A DNA stretch of 64,000 nucleotides. Source: Methanomicrobia archaeon. Its GTDB lineage: Archaea > Halobacteriota > Syntropharchaeia > Alkanophagales > Methanospirareceae. The stretch spans positions 1,260 to 65,259 of the forward strand of contig DSCO01000022.1 of NCBI GenBank assembly GCA_011049045.1, read 5' to 3'. Both the position numbers and the translations under genes were made by a program. Under the pieces are notes generated by a model that ran no database searches, had not been told where the DNA came from, and worked only from the letters and a program-made list of their open reading frames with translations. Below are positions 31,217 to 40,608 of this stretch, piece by piece. How positions within the stretch are numbered: position 1 is the first letter of the stretch; every line of letters starts with the position of its first letter.

Positions 31217-31969
31217 TTACGTGCCCTCCTCCTTGTGTCGCGTCGAAAAGACCAGCTCCTGTTCGCCACGAGCAGAGATCCGGAAGATCTCGAGCACGCC
31301 CTTTTTCCGGTCGTCGTCCAGCTCGATGAGGTTGAATGATTGCGGGATCTGCCATTTCACCCGATTCGAGCATGCCGTGCCCGCATTGGCGATGACCATC
31401 CCGTTCAGGTTCCATACCCAGGGCACGTGCCGGTGCCCACAGAGGACAAGATCCACGTGACAGCGCATCAATATGTCGAGCATATCGCCCGCGTCAGTGA
31501 GGATGTTCCGTTCACGACCGGTCTTCGGCACGGGTAGCACGTGGTGATGGAGTGCAACCACGGTGAGGTCGTCCGGGTGGTGGGTGAGACACTGCTCGAG
31601 CCATTCGTACTTATCCCGGCCCACATGGCCATCATCGAGGTCCGGCTGGGTGGAATCGAGCCCTACAAGGGTCACACCACAGTGACGCTCGACCTTCGAC
31701 CGCGGTCCGAAGCTCGCTTCAAACCCCAGATAGCCCACGTTCCGCACGTCATGATTCCCGGGGATAACCACTGAGATGTCGCACGCAATACGCTCGATGA
31801 ACCTGCGCGCGCGCTCGAATTCGTGCGGATAGCCCGCATCGGTCAGATCACCGGTAACAACCAGGATTTCAGGCGCGAGTGCATGCAGCTTCGCGATCAC
31901 GTTCTCCGCCACTTCAGGCAGGAAATGGGCCTCCGCAGCATGGATATCCGAGATGTGCGCAATCTTCAT
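31217..31969 (-). CDS. calcineurin-like metallophosphoesterase
   Basis: MKIAHISDIHAAE, GDLTD, GNHD and GHRH motifs. Confidence 0.75.
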   Translation of the reverse strand: MKIAHISDIHAAEAHFLPEVAENVIAKLHALAPEILVVTGDLTDAGYPHEFERARRFIERIACDISVVIPGNHDVRNVGYLGFEASFGPRSKVERHCGVTLVGLDSTQPDLDDGHVGRDKYEWLEQCLTHHPDDLTVVALHHHVLPVPKTGRERNILTDAGDMLDILMRCHVDLVLCGHRHVPWVWNLNGMVIANAGTACSNRVKWQIPQSFNLIELDDDRKKGVLEIFRISARGEQELVFSTRHKEEGT

Positions 31970-32115
31970 GGTTCCATCTCCTCTTTCTCCGTTACTCGCT
32001 TCACTTACTCTACACGGTTATCAAAAAAATAGCAAAAATAGGGGGTGAAAAAAAAAGCACCTCTATCCTTCACGGCATCCTCTTTTTCGGTTTTCTTTCT
32101 CCAGTTCGGCACGCT

Positions 32116-33156
32116 TTACGCACGCTTCATACGGCGGTGTGCAAGATACGTTACGGCCAGCAGTCCCGCAACGGCGGCTATCGTCTCGAAGCCGGGCGCT
32201 TCCGGCGTCGGCGTTGGTGCCGCTGTTGCCGGTGCGAACGGTGTTGTGCTCGGAGCGGGCGTCGGTGTTGGCGTAGCAGCCCCACGCACCTTGATGTAGC
32301 CCATATCCTCGACGACCGCTTGCCCTTCACTGCTCAGCACGAACTCAAGAAACGCCTGCGCAAGCACGTCCGGCTCGCCCTTCGTGATGAGATACAGACT
32401 CCGCTGGATCGGATAGTCCCCCGCGACAACGTTCTCGACGGTTGCCGCAATGCCGCCGATGCCAAGCGCCTTCATTGAAGCGTCGACGTAACCGAGTGAG
32501 AGATACCCGATGCTCCTGGCGTCGCTTTTGAGGGTTGCCCGTACCTCGCCGTTCGAGGACTTCACCGATGCCCGAGCCGCAATGTCCAGGGCAAGGGGTG
32601 CCATCACATACGTCTCGAAGGTCTCGCGCGTCCCGGAACCTTCTTCCCGCGTGATCACCCGGATCTCAGCATCAGCGCCGCCCACGTCTTTCCAGTTCGT
32701 GATCTGACCGCTGAAGATCCGCGCCACCTGTTCCAGTGTCAGGTCGCTGACCGCGTTGCTGGGATGCACGACGACAGCCACGCTGTCCGTGCCGATGGCC
32801 ACCGGCTTCAGATCGGGATACTGCACCAGCTCCGCGGGCTTGATGTCTCGTGATGCCGCGCCGATATCGATCTCGCCCGCGCCGACGGCCTTAACGCCGT
32901 GACCGGATCCGCCGCCGGAGACGGAGATCCGCAGGTCACGATTCGCGTCCATGAGCAGCCGCGCACACTCCTGGTTGATGGGGAGCAGGGTGGTCGAGCC
33001 GGCGATGGTGAGCGAACCGGCGAGCCCGGTGGGGATCGCGGCGTCGATCGCGGGCATGAGCCCGGCACCCAGCGCCAGAAGGACGAGTGCCGCAAGTGCT
33101 ATCGCCTTCGTTTTTCTCATCTGCGTTATCACCTCTTTTTTCATTCTTTGTATCAC
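32116..33156 (-). CDS. pstS: phosphate-binding protein PstS with Thr/Pro-rich linker and PGF-CTERM anchor signal
   Basis: Signal peptide; TIAGSTTLLP and SGGGSGHG PstS-type motifs. C-terminus is ...TPTPTPAPSTTP...PEAPGFETIAAVAGLLAVTYLAHRRMKRA. Alternative start at 33120. Confidence 0.85.
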   Translation of the reverse strand: MIQRMKKEVITQMRKTKAIALAALVLLALGAGLMPAIDAAIPTGLAGSLTIAGSTTLLPINQECARLLMDANRDLRISVSGGGSGHGVKAVGAGEIDIGAASRDIKPAELVQYPDLKPVAIGTDSVAVVVHPSNAVSDLTLEQVARIFSGQITNWKDVGGADAEIRVITREEGSGTRETFETYVMAPLALDIAARASVKSSNGEVRATLKSDARSIGYLSLGYVDASMKALGIGGIAATVENVVAGDYPIQRSLYLITKGEPDVLAQAFLEFVLSSEGQAVVEDMGYIKVRGAATPTPTPAPSTTPFAPATAAPTPTPEAPGFETIAAVAGLLAVTYLAHRRMKRA

Positions 33157-33277
33157 CTGGATACATATTAAATCGCAGGGATATATAAATATCTCCTAAA
33201 GACTGTACAAAAAGTATAAATATAAATAGAAAAACGGGCACGAACCCCCGCCGCGCTTGTTCCTTCATTCCTCCCCG

Positions 33278-34312
33278 TTATAGAAGAGCATCAAGCAGCC
33301 CGTAGGCGAGGCCGCCGATGAGTGCAGCCAGGGGGAGGGTGATCACCCACGCGGTTACCATGCGGCCAACTTCGGGCCACCGGATCCGGCTCAGACTCTG
33401 GAAGAACGATCCCCCGATCACTGAGGAACCCATGACGTGCGTCGTGCTCACCGGCATGCCCGCTAAACTCACGGCGAACAGGGCGAGTCCGGCACCCGCT
33501 TCTGCCGAGAACCCGTGCCGCGGCTCCAGCTTCGTCAAGCGCATGCCCATTGTTTGGATCACCCGCGAGCCCATGAGCAGTGTGCCGAGCGCCATGATGA
33601 CGCCACAGGCGATTCGCACCCACCAGGGCACGGGAAACGGCTCTCCGGGCGGTGCGGCGAGGAACCCCGCGGCGATCAGAGCAGCACTGATCACGCCCAT
33701 CGCATTCTGCGTATCGTTCATGCCGTGGCTGAAGGACATGAAGGACGCGGAGATGGGCTGGAGCTTGCGAAAGAATCGCGCCACTACGGGTGTCGGAGTG
33801 CCTTTAAAGGCGAGAAAGAGCACCCAGCTGACCACCGCAAAGATCAGCGCCCCGGCAACAAAGCCCGCAAAGGGGCCGAGCGCGATCGCAAGGAAGACCT
33901 TCTCCGTGAGGATCTCCCATCTGATCACGCGCGTGCCACCCGCGACAAGGCCCGCACCCATGATCGCGCCGACCAGCGCATGCGTCACGCTGATCGGTAT
34001 CCCGCTCATGGTACAGAGATAGGTCCAGATGATCGCGCCGAGTAAGCCGCAGATGAGCACGAGGAAGAAGACCTCCGTGGCCAGGTCGGTGATCGAGACG
34101 ATCCCTTTCCCGATCGTCTGCGCCACCGCGGTGAACGCGAACGCGCCAATGAGGTTGAAGACACTCGCGAGCATTAACGCCTTGAGCGGGGTCAACGCTT
34201 TCGTTGCGATCACCGTGGCGATCGCATTCGCGCTGTCGTTCGCACCATTCAGGAAGTTGTAGAGCAGCGCAAGGAATATGATGATACTGACATACGCGAC
34301 TGCCGAGGCCAT
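33278..34312 (-). CDS. pit: inorganic phosphate transporter, PiT family
   Basis: 344-aa polytopic protein with GANDSANAIAT and HGMNDTQNAMG PiT signature repeats. Confidence 0.85.
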   Translation of the reverse strand: MASAVAYVSIIIFLALLYNFLNGANDSANAIATVIATKALTPLKALMLASVFNLIGAFAFTAVAQTIGKGIVSITDLATEVFFLVLICGLLGAIIWTYLCTMSGIPISVTHALVGAIMGAGLVAGGTRVIRWEILTEKVFLAIALGPFAGFVAGALIFAVVSWVLFLAFKGTPTPVVARFFRKLQPISASFMSFSHGMNDTQNAMGVISAALIAAGFLAAPPGEPFPVPWWVRIACGVIMALGTLLMGSRVIQTMGMRLTKLEPRHGFSAEAGAGLALFAVSLAGMPVSTTHVMGSSVIGGSFFQSLSRIRWPEVGRMVTAWVITLPLAALIGGLAYGLLDALL

Positions 34313-34316
34313 CAGA

Positions 34317-35003
34317 TCAGATGCCGCCTTTCAAGCGGAAGGTCTCCAGGATATTCGCCACGTCCTCGCAGTTATCCATAGTATCTTCCAGGATATCCAC
34401 GATCTCCTTGATCAGCAGCCGCTCGAGCACCTCGTTCGAACTCTCCGTCGGCGTGGTCATCAGGCGTTTGACCCATTTGCGATTTACCCGGTCCGCAATA
34501 TTCTCCAATTCATTGATGCGTATGCAGCACTCCTCCAGCGTTACTTCACTGCGTCGGATGGACCGTAAACAGCACACGGCCTTCTTTATCTCGTTCGCGG
34601 TCTTCAGAATGATGGGCGCGAACTCACTCACGGGTTCGGGAATGCTCGGGTGCGGTGTAAATGCCAATCGCGCAACGGCCTTCTCCACGCCGTCGATCAC
34701 GTTGTCAAGATTATGCGCGAAATAGCGGATGTCGCCCTTCTCCTCCGTGACCCGCGTGTGATCATGAAAGAGCCCCTGAATGATCTGGTGCACAATAGCG
34801 TCACCTTCCTGCTCAATGATCTTGAGCCGCTCGCGGACTTCCATGAGGTTGGACCTGCGCGCGTCATGGCTCAGTGAAAGGGATCCCTCCGGTTGAGCGT
34901 CAGCACTCAAATCCAGCATCAGTTGTGCGGCTTCCACCGCGGTATCCGCGAGCTCCTCGAAGAGTGAGAAGAATTTCTTCTCGTGCGGGAGGAAGACAGA
35001 CAT
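34317..35003 (-). CDS. DUF47 / PhoU-like Pit accessory protein
   Basis: MSVFLPHEKKFFSLFEELAD... is a typical DUF47 N-terminus. Sits immediately upstream of pit. Confidence 0.7.
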   Translation of the reverse strand: MSVFLPHEKKFFSLFEELADTAVEAAQLMLDLSADAQPEGSLSLSHDARRSNLMEVRERLKIIEQEGDAIVHQIIQGLFHDHTRVTEEKGDIRYFAHNLDNVIDGVEKAVARLAFTPHPSIPEPVSEFAPIILKTANEIKKAVCCLRSIRRSEVTLEECCIRINELENIADRVNRKWVKRLMTTPTESSNEVLERLLIKEIVDILEDTMDNCEDVANILETFRLKGGI

Positions 35004-35244
35004 GCTGTGCAAGACGGAACCGAGCAGCAAGTAGTGAGCCAGAAGGGTGGCGGCAGGGCTACGAGTTTCGGCTTGCCGGGCGATTAGTGCGGCAAACCGC
35101 TTCCGCGCTTCACCTCGTGTCATCCCTCGCAGTAACAAAAGCGTGGGGGGTATTTAAGCCTTTCGAAATTCCTATATATAGCGTATATAGAATACGTAAT
35201 ATATACCGCTTACTCCGTTTTTTCTCTGCGACCGGCTCACGGTG

Positions 35245-35820
35245 CTACGCGATATGGGCCAGGAACTTCATGAATGCGCGGCTCCGGTGCGAGCGCTCAT
35301 TCTTCTCTGCGCGGCTCATCTCGGCGAAGGTCTTACCGCTGATCTCGAAGAGCGGGTCATAGCCGAAGCCGTTCGTGCCTCTCGCCGTTTCCGCTATACG
35401 ACCGTTAACGGCACCGACGAAGAGCAGCGGCGTCGCGGTTCGTGATGCACAGTAAGCGACCACGGTCTTAAAGGTTGCGGTGCGGGCTTCACCCGTTTGG
35501 CCCGCCATCAACCGCACGATCCCCTCGTTCCCGATCGTCCGGAATACGAATGCGGAAAAAGGGCCGGGGAAGCCGTTCAAGACGGGTATGTGGAGTCCGG
35601 AATCTTCGAGGAAGAAGGGCCGCTTGATCGTGATCCGGTTCTGGATGTAGGTCGCACTCTCCCGCGCCACCTCCTCGAGGGTATCGAGCTGCAGCTCGGG
35701 ATAGTCGTAATCGAGATGCTCGATCGTGATCGCTCGCGATTCGGCTGCCGCCAGCTCCTGTATCTCCTGCACCTTGTGCGCATTGGCGGTAATGAAGAGC
35801 ACCTTTCTTCTCTTGCCCAT
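35245..35820 (-). CDS. non-canonical purine NTP pyrophosphatase (HAM1/RdgB family)
   Basis: FITANAHKVQE, FFLEDSGL and GFGYDPLF motifs. Confidence 0.8.
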   Translation of the reverse strand: MGKRRKVLFITANAHKVQEIQELAAAESRAITIEHLDYDYPELQLDTLEEVARESATYIQNRITIKRPFFLEDSGLHIPVLNGFPGPFSAFVFRTIGNEGIVRLMAGQTGEARTATFKTVVAYCASRTATPLLFVGAVNGRIAETARGTNGFGYDPLFEISGKTFAEMSRAEKNERSHRSRAFMKFLAHIA

Positions 35821-35892
35821 GGCTATTCACTGCTTTGCTTAATATGCTCCCGCGATAAAGATATACCCAGAGCAGCGCCCCCCAACGAGCAC

Positions 35893-36981
35893 ATGACCAT
35901 TGGCAGCAGTATCAAACTTGAGCACGGTGCAGGTGGCGAGGGGATGCACGAGTTGCTCAAGCTCGTGCTCAGCTATTTCAACTTCTCGTTCACGGCGAAC
36001 AGCGGTGACGGCGGTATAAGGAGCATGATCGAGGTGCCGTTACAGGCGCTGGACGATTCCGCAGTGGTTGCTGATATCGTCTTTACGACCGATTCGCACA
36101 CCGTGAAGCCGCTCTTCTTCCCGGGCGGTGATATCGGGTCTCTTGCGGTCGCCGGTACGGTGAACGACATCTCGGTCATGGGTGCGCAACCGCTTGGGCT
36201 CTCGGTCGCCTTCGTGATCGAGGAGGGGTTCCCGATGCACGACTTCGAGCGGGTGTTAGCGAGCATGAAGCATACGTGCGAGGCGGCTGAGGTCGCGGTC
36301 GTCACGGGCGATACGAAAGTAGTGGAGCGGGGGGCGGTGGAGCAGCTGGTGGTGAACACCTCCGCGATCGGCCGGCGAACGGCCGCGCTGGAGCGCAATC
36401 TCGCGGAGGTACGGAAGTACCGTGCGCTCAACAGCAACTGGTTACTCGATTCGAATCTGCGCGCGGGCGATAGGATAATCGTCTCCGGGTATGTCGGTGA
36501 TCATGGCGTCGCGCTGCTCTCGTTCCGTGAAGGTTTCGAGTTCGATACCGCGTTGGAATCTGATATCGCGCCCCTGAACAAGCCGATCCAGACGATCCTG
36601 GAGGTCGGGGGTATCGTAGCGATGAAGGATCCCACGCGCGGCGGGCTCGCGAATCTGCTCAACGAGTTCAGTGCGAAATCGAACGTCGGCATTCTGATCG
36701 AGGAGGCATCGATTCCCGTGCGGAAATCGGTGCGGAGCGCCTGCGAGCTCCTGGGAATCGATCCGCTGGAGGTTGGGAACGAGGGGAAGCTGGTGCTCGG
36801 CGTGGTCAAGGAGCAGGCGGAAGCGGTGCTGGCAGCACTGCGAGAAACAGAGCAAGGTCGAGATGCCGCGATCATCGGCACGGCGACCGCCGCTGTGAAG
36901 GGCGTGGTGATGAAGACCCGGGTGGGTGGTATGCGGATCGTGGAGACGCCCCTTGGTGATCCCGTGCCCCGGATCTGTTGA
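35893..36981 (+). CDS. hypE: [NiFe] hydrogenase maturation protein HypE
   Basis: N-terminal IKLEHGAGG, AIR-synthase-like fold, C-terminal PRIC. The ATG at 35893 is used because the 5' part of ORF 35497..36981 is antisense to the HAM1 gene. Confidence 0.85.
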   Translation: MTIGSSIKLEHGAGGEGMHELLKLVLSYFNFSFTANSGDGGIRSMIEVPLQALDDSAVVADIVFTTDSHTVKPLFFPGGDIGSLAVAGTVNDISVMGAQPLGLSVAFVIEEGFPMHDFERVLASMKHTCEAAEVAVVTGDTKVVERGAVEQLVVNTSAIGRRTAALERNLAEVRKYRALNSNWLLDSNLRAGDRIIVSGYVGDHGVALLSFREGFEFDTALESDIAPLNKPIQTILEVGGIVAMKDPTRGGLANLLNEFSAKSNVGILIEEASIPVRKSVRSACELLGIDPLEVGNEGKLVLGVVKEQAEAVLAALRETEQGRDAAIIGTATAAVKGVVMKTRVGGMRIVETPLGDPVPRIC

Positions 36982-37080
36982 GGGTACGCTCTACCGTGCT
37001 GCTTTTCGGTAATGAATGGTGCACAGGTAGATCCTCGTGCGTTGCTTCGTTGGCCTCAGGCCAGGCGAAACAAACAGAAC

Positions 37081-37830
37081 TCAGCTCTGGCTCAGTTTGA
37101 ACCGCGGATCGTGTATGACGATCTCGGTGAGTCGCGCGGCCATGGTGCTCTTACCTAACGCGTTCGCATCACCGATCATATCCTCGAGCTCCATATCGAA
37201 CTCGATCGCGCCCAGGAGCGGCACGTTGTATGCGCTCAGCTCGTCCCGCACGAGTGCGGACTCCCGCATCTTCATGTTCTCGATGACGCCGATGAGCGGC
37301 TTTTGCAGCTCCTGGAGCAGCTGAATGACCTTCTTCACCGTGACCAGGGCGACCTTCGAGCCGGTGGTGAGGATCAGGAACTCGGCGCGCTTCAGCCACC
37401 GGATGACGTCCATAGCAGCATCGCCGATGCCGGGTGGCATATCAACGATGAGAAAATCAAGGGCGCCCCACCGGGTAATGGCGAGCAATTCCAGCATCGC
37501 GTTCGTGATATCCTCACCACGCAGCGGTGCGGGCTCATCACCCGTGAAATAGCAGATGCTCATGAACGAGATGCCGTGCACCCGGGGCGGCATAATGCCG
37601 TACTCCTCCTCCGGGAAGACGCCGTCAATGCCCAGGATCACGTGTGCGGAAGGCGCGGACATGTCCAGATCGAGCAGTCCGACCTTGTAGCCCCGCTGAG
37701 CAAGGGTCAGTGCGAGCACCGATGAGGTCAGGCTCTTCCCAATACCGCCTTTGCCACCGGTTACCGCGATGATCCGCGCTATGCCCGCTAACCGCCGGTC
37801 AACCACGCTCACTCGCGGATCCATCGTCAT
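37081..37830 (-). CDS. Mrp/MinD-family P-loop ATPase (possible ATPase-type HypB)
   Basis: Deviant Walker A GGKGGIGKS. Lies directly downstream of hypA. Confidence 0.7.
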   Translation of the reverse strand: MTMDPRVSVVDRRLAGIARIIAVTGGKGGIGKSLTSSVLALTLAQRGYKVGLLDLDMSAPSAHVILGIDGVFPEEEYGIMPPRVHGISFMSICYFTGDEPAPLRGEDITNAMLELLAITRWGALDFLIVDMPPGIGDAAMDVIRWLKRAEFLILTTGSKVALVTVKKVIQLLQELQKPLIGVIENMKMRESALVRDELSAYNVPLLGAIEFDMELEDMIGDANALGKSTMAARLTEIVIHDPRFKLSQS

Positions 37831-37845
37831 GCCTCCTCGTTCAAC

Positions 37846-38253
37846 TTATTTCAGCCCTTTTATCCGCTGGATCGTTACACCGCGACCCTGCACGACCTCA
37901 AAGTCAGGGCTCTTACAGCTCGGGCAGCGCATATACGCGTGCGCCACTTCCGGTGCAAAATGGATCGCTTCGCCCTCTGCTTCGTTCAGGTCCGATCTCT
38001 GATAGTGCCATTCGGTACCGCAGACCCGGCAGGTGAAGATCGCCGGCTCGTCTTCCAGCTTCACCTGCGCGTTCTGCAGCAGCGTCCCGTGCAGTTTCAT
38101 GATCTCGTCCAGCGCAAAGGTGAACGGGTCGAGCTCTATCTGCTGCAGCTCACCGATCCGCACGGTGATCTCCGTGATCTCGGTCATCCCTTCTTTCCGT
38201 GCATCTGCAACGGCAGCCTCAATGACCGCCTCTGCCAGCGCCCATTCGTGCAT
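37846..38253 (-). CDS. hypA: hydrogenase nickel incorporation protein HypA
   Basis: MHEWALAEAVI N-terminus (MHE nickel site) with CRVCG...CPSC zinc site. Confidence 0.85.
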   Translation of the reverse strand: MHEWALAEAVIEAAVADARKEGMTEITEITVRIGELQQIELDPFTFALDEIMKLHGTLLQNAQVKLEDEPAIFTCRVCGTEWHYQRSDLNEAEGEAIHFAPEVAHAYMRCPSCKSPDFEVVQGRGVTIQRIKGLK

Positions 38254-38432
38254 CGTTCAGAGCCCTTCTGGTGGTTAGTACTGTAGCCCAGAGAGTTAAG
38301 TAGCTCGATTCTGTATCGCGGCGAGCGCACTGGTAGCAATAGCAATGCGGGATACCAGCTCCAGTAGTAGTTATACGGACGAACTCACGATCTATCCTGC
38401 GGTCTTCGCGAAGGCGGCCCCGGGAGCGAAAG

Positions 38433-38564
38433 TTAACCCTCGGGTTTATCTTTGTGCGGTGTCGGTCCACACTTGCAATCCTTGGGTGGTTTGTCGCAGG
38501 AGCTGCAATTACCCTTATTGTTCAAAGGCGCCCCGCAGGTGTAACAATAGTACCAAATTGCCAT
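38433..38564 (-). CDS. small Cys-rich protein (43 aa), hypothetical
   Basis: My own translation: MAIWYYCYTCGAPLNNKGNCSSCDKPPKDCKCGPTPHKDKPEG. It has 7 Cys and a CxxC...CxxC layout. Too short for the ORF track. Confidence 0.3.
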   Translation of the reverse strand: MAIWYYCYTCGAPLNNKGNCSSCDKPPKDCKCGPTPHKDKPEG

Positions 38565-38808
38565 GTTCTTTATCGGAAAGTGATTGGCGCACCTGCTATT
38601 TAAACGTTACGATCACGATCACGCCCGAGCAGCACTCTTCGGCGCTCTTCCGCGACCGGGCTATTCAAGCTCGGATCGAGAAGCGTCAAGCGATACCGCT
38701 TTCATCCCCAAAAGGTTGGATAAGCCGTCGAGTGTTTTTGAGCGCGTTTTATCTCCCGGGCAACGATAACACCTATTTCACTTGCGGTTGAATCTAACTA
38801 ACGATAAC

Positions 38809-40557
38809 ATGAGTCCCGGATACGGCTGGCAGGGCCGAATCATGCGCATTGACCTCTCAACCGGTGCAGTACAGACCGTCGTGCCCGACGATTCAGTGCT
38901 CACCGCGTTTCTCGGCGGTCGCGGGCTCGGTGCTAGATTCGTGTACGATGCGGGCCGTGCTGATGCGCTTTCGCCGGCGAATCCGCTGGTCTTTGCCGCG
39001 GGGCCGTTGACGGGCACCAGAACACCGGCCTCGGGTCGCGTCTCCCTCGCCACGAAATCGCCCTTAACCGGGACGATCTTCGATTCGAACTGTGGTGGCT
39101 CATTCGGACCTGCGTTGAAGCGCGCGGGGTATGATGCGGTTGTTATTACCGGGCGCTCGCCCGAGCCGGTGGTACTGGTGATAGAAGACGATCGCGTGGA
39201 CCTGCAGCCTGCGGGAGCGCTCTGGGGCACGAACGTGAAGGAGACCACGCGTCTGCTCTCGCTCCGGGGTAGTGTCGCCTGTATCGGTAAAGCGGGCGAG
39301 CGGCAGGTGCTCTTAGCAGCCATTATTGCGGATAAGAAACACGCGTTTGGTCGTGGCGGCGTGGGTGCGGTCATGGGCTCAAAGAACCTGAAAGCAGTCG
39401 TTGTTAACGGCACCGGCAGCGTGGACGTCTGTGACGCTGATGAATTCGAACGGCAGAAGCAAACGATCAACCGGCTCCTGGTGGCGAGCCCGACGATTAC
39501 CAAGGGCCTCGCGGTCTTCGGTACGCCCTTCCTGGTCAAGATCACGAGCTGGATGAAGATCCTGCCAGTGGCGAATTTCCGCGCGCTCGACCACCAGGCA
39601 TTCGATCCCCGCCCCTTCTTTGCCACGATGATCGAGCGGCGGTATTCGCCCCGCAGAGCCGCCTGCTATTCCTGCCCCATTGCCTGCAAGCGCGAAGATG
39701 GCACGGGTACTGAACTGCCGGAATACGAGACCATCGGGCTGATGGGCGCGAATATCCAGAATCCTGATTACGACGCGATCGTTGAGGCGAACCGGCTCTG
39801 TAATGACTACGGCCTGGATACCATCTCGGTCGCCGGCGTTCTGGGCTGTTACGCGGAGTTACGAAACGCAGGTATTGCAGGACACGAACTGGTAGCGCTC
39901 ACCGCGCAGATCGGTGAGCAAGCGGGTATAGGCGCGCGATTGGGGCGCGGTACGAAACGGTTCGCGGCCTCAGAAGGTCGTCCTGAGGCAGCGATGCAGG
40001 TAAAGGGGCTTGAGCTCCCTGCGTACGATCCGCGGGGCGTGAAAGGGCTGGGATTCAGCTACGCCACCTCTAATCGAGGCGGATGCCATACGCGAGCGTA
40101 CCTCGTCGCGCCGGAGATCCTGAGGAAGCCGAAAGCGATTGACCCGTATACGCTAGCGGGCAAGGCGGGGCACGCAAAGATCTTCCAGGACCGCTTCGCC
40201 GCGGTTGATTCGCTCGTGGTCTGCAAATTCGCGTTCTTCGGTGCCGGTGAGGAGGAGTACGCGAATATCGTGAGTGCTGTGACCGGCGTGAAGTTCACCT
40301 CGGAAGACCTCATGCAGATTGGCGAGCGGATCTGGAACCTGGAGCGGCTGTATAATCTGCGTGAAGGGTTTACCGATGCGGATGATACGCTGCCCGAGCG
40401 GTTCTTTACCGTACCGGCGAATGGGCGCATCGTTGATCGCGCGGAGTTCCTGAAGACACGCACCGAATACTATCGCCTGCGTGGCTGGGACGATAATGGC
40501 GTGCCCACTGAACGGACGCTGAACCGATTGGGACTGGCAGAGCTGGAACGCTCATGA
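38809..40557 (+). CDS. aor: aldehyde:ferredoxin oxidoreductase family (tungstopterin) enzyme
   Basis: N-terminal GYGWQGRIMRIDLSTG and internal AOR-family blocks (GGRGLG, CYSCPIAC, GLDTIS, NRGGCH). Confidence 0.85.
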   Translation: MSPGYGWQGRIMRIDLSTGAVQTVVPDDSVLTAFLGGRGLGARFVYDAGRADALSPANPLVFAAGPLTGTRTPASGRVSLATKSPLTGTIFDSNCGGSFGPALKRAGYDAVVITGRSPEPVVLVIEDDRVDLQPAGALWGTNVKETTRLLSLRGSVACIGKAGERQVLLAAIIADKKHAFGRGGVGAVMGSKNLKAVVVNGTGSVDVCDADEFERQKQTINRLLVASPTITKGLAVFGTPFLVKITSWMKILPVANFRALDHQAFDPRPFFATMIERRYSPRRAACYSCPIACKREDGTGTELPEYETIGLMGANIQNPDYDAIVEANRLCNDYGLDTISVAGVLGCYAELRNAGIAGHELVALTAQIGEQAGIGARLGRGTKRFAASEGRPEAAMQVKGLELPAYDPRGVKGLGFSYATSNRGGCHTRAYLVAPEILRKPKAIDPYTLAGKAGHAKIFQDRFAAVDSLVVCKFAFFGAGEEEYANIVSAVTGVKFTSEDLMQIGERIWNLERLYNLREGFTDADDTLPERFFTVPANGRIVDRAEFLKTRTEYYRLRGWDDNGVPTERTLNRLGLAELERS

Positions 40558-40608
40558 CGACTCAGCGCGCGGATCTGCGCACTCAATCAAGCACACCGAA
40601 GTTCAGCG

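Noticed and set aside
35497-35892. N-terminal 132-codon extension of the hypE ORF
   Set aside because: It is antisense to the well-supported HAM1 gene, and HypE homology begins at the ATG at 35893.
38778-39626. 282-aa ORF antisense to the aor gene
   Set aside because: This is a typical GC-rich antisense shadow ORF; the + frame has clear AOR motifs.
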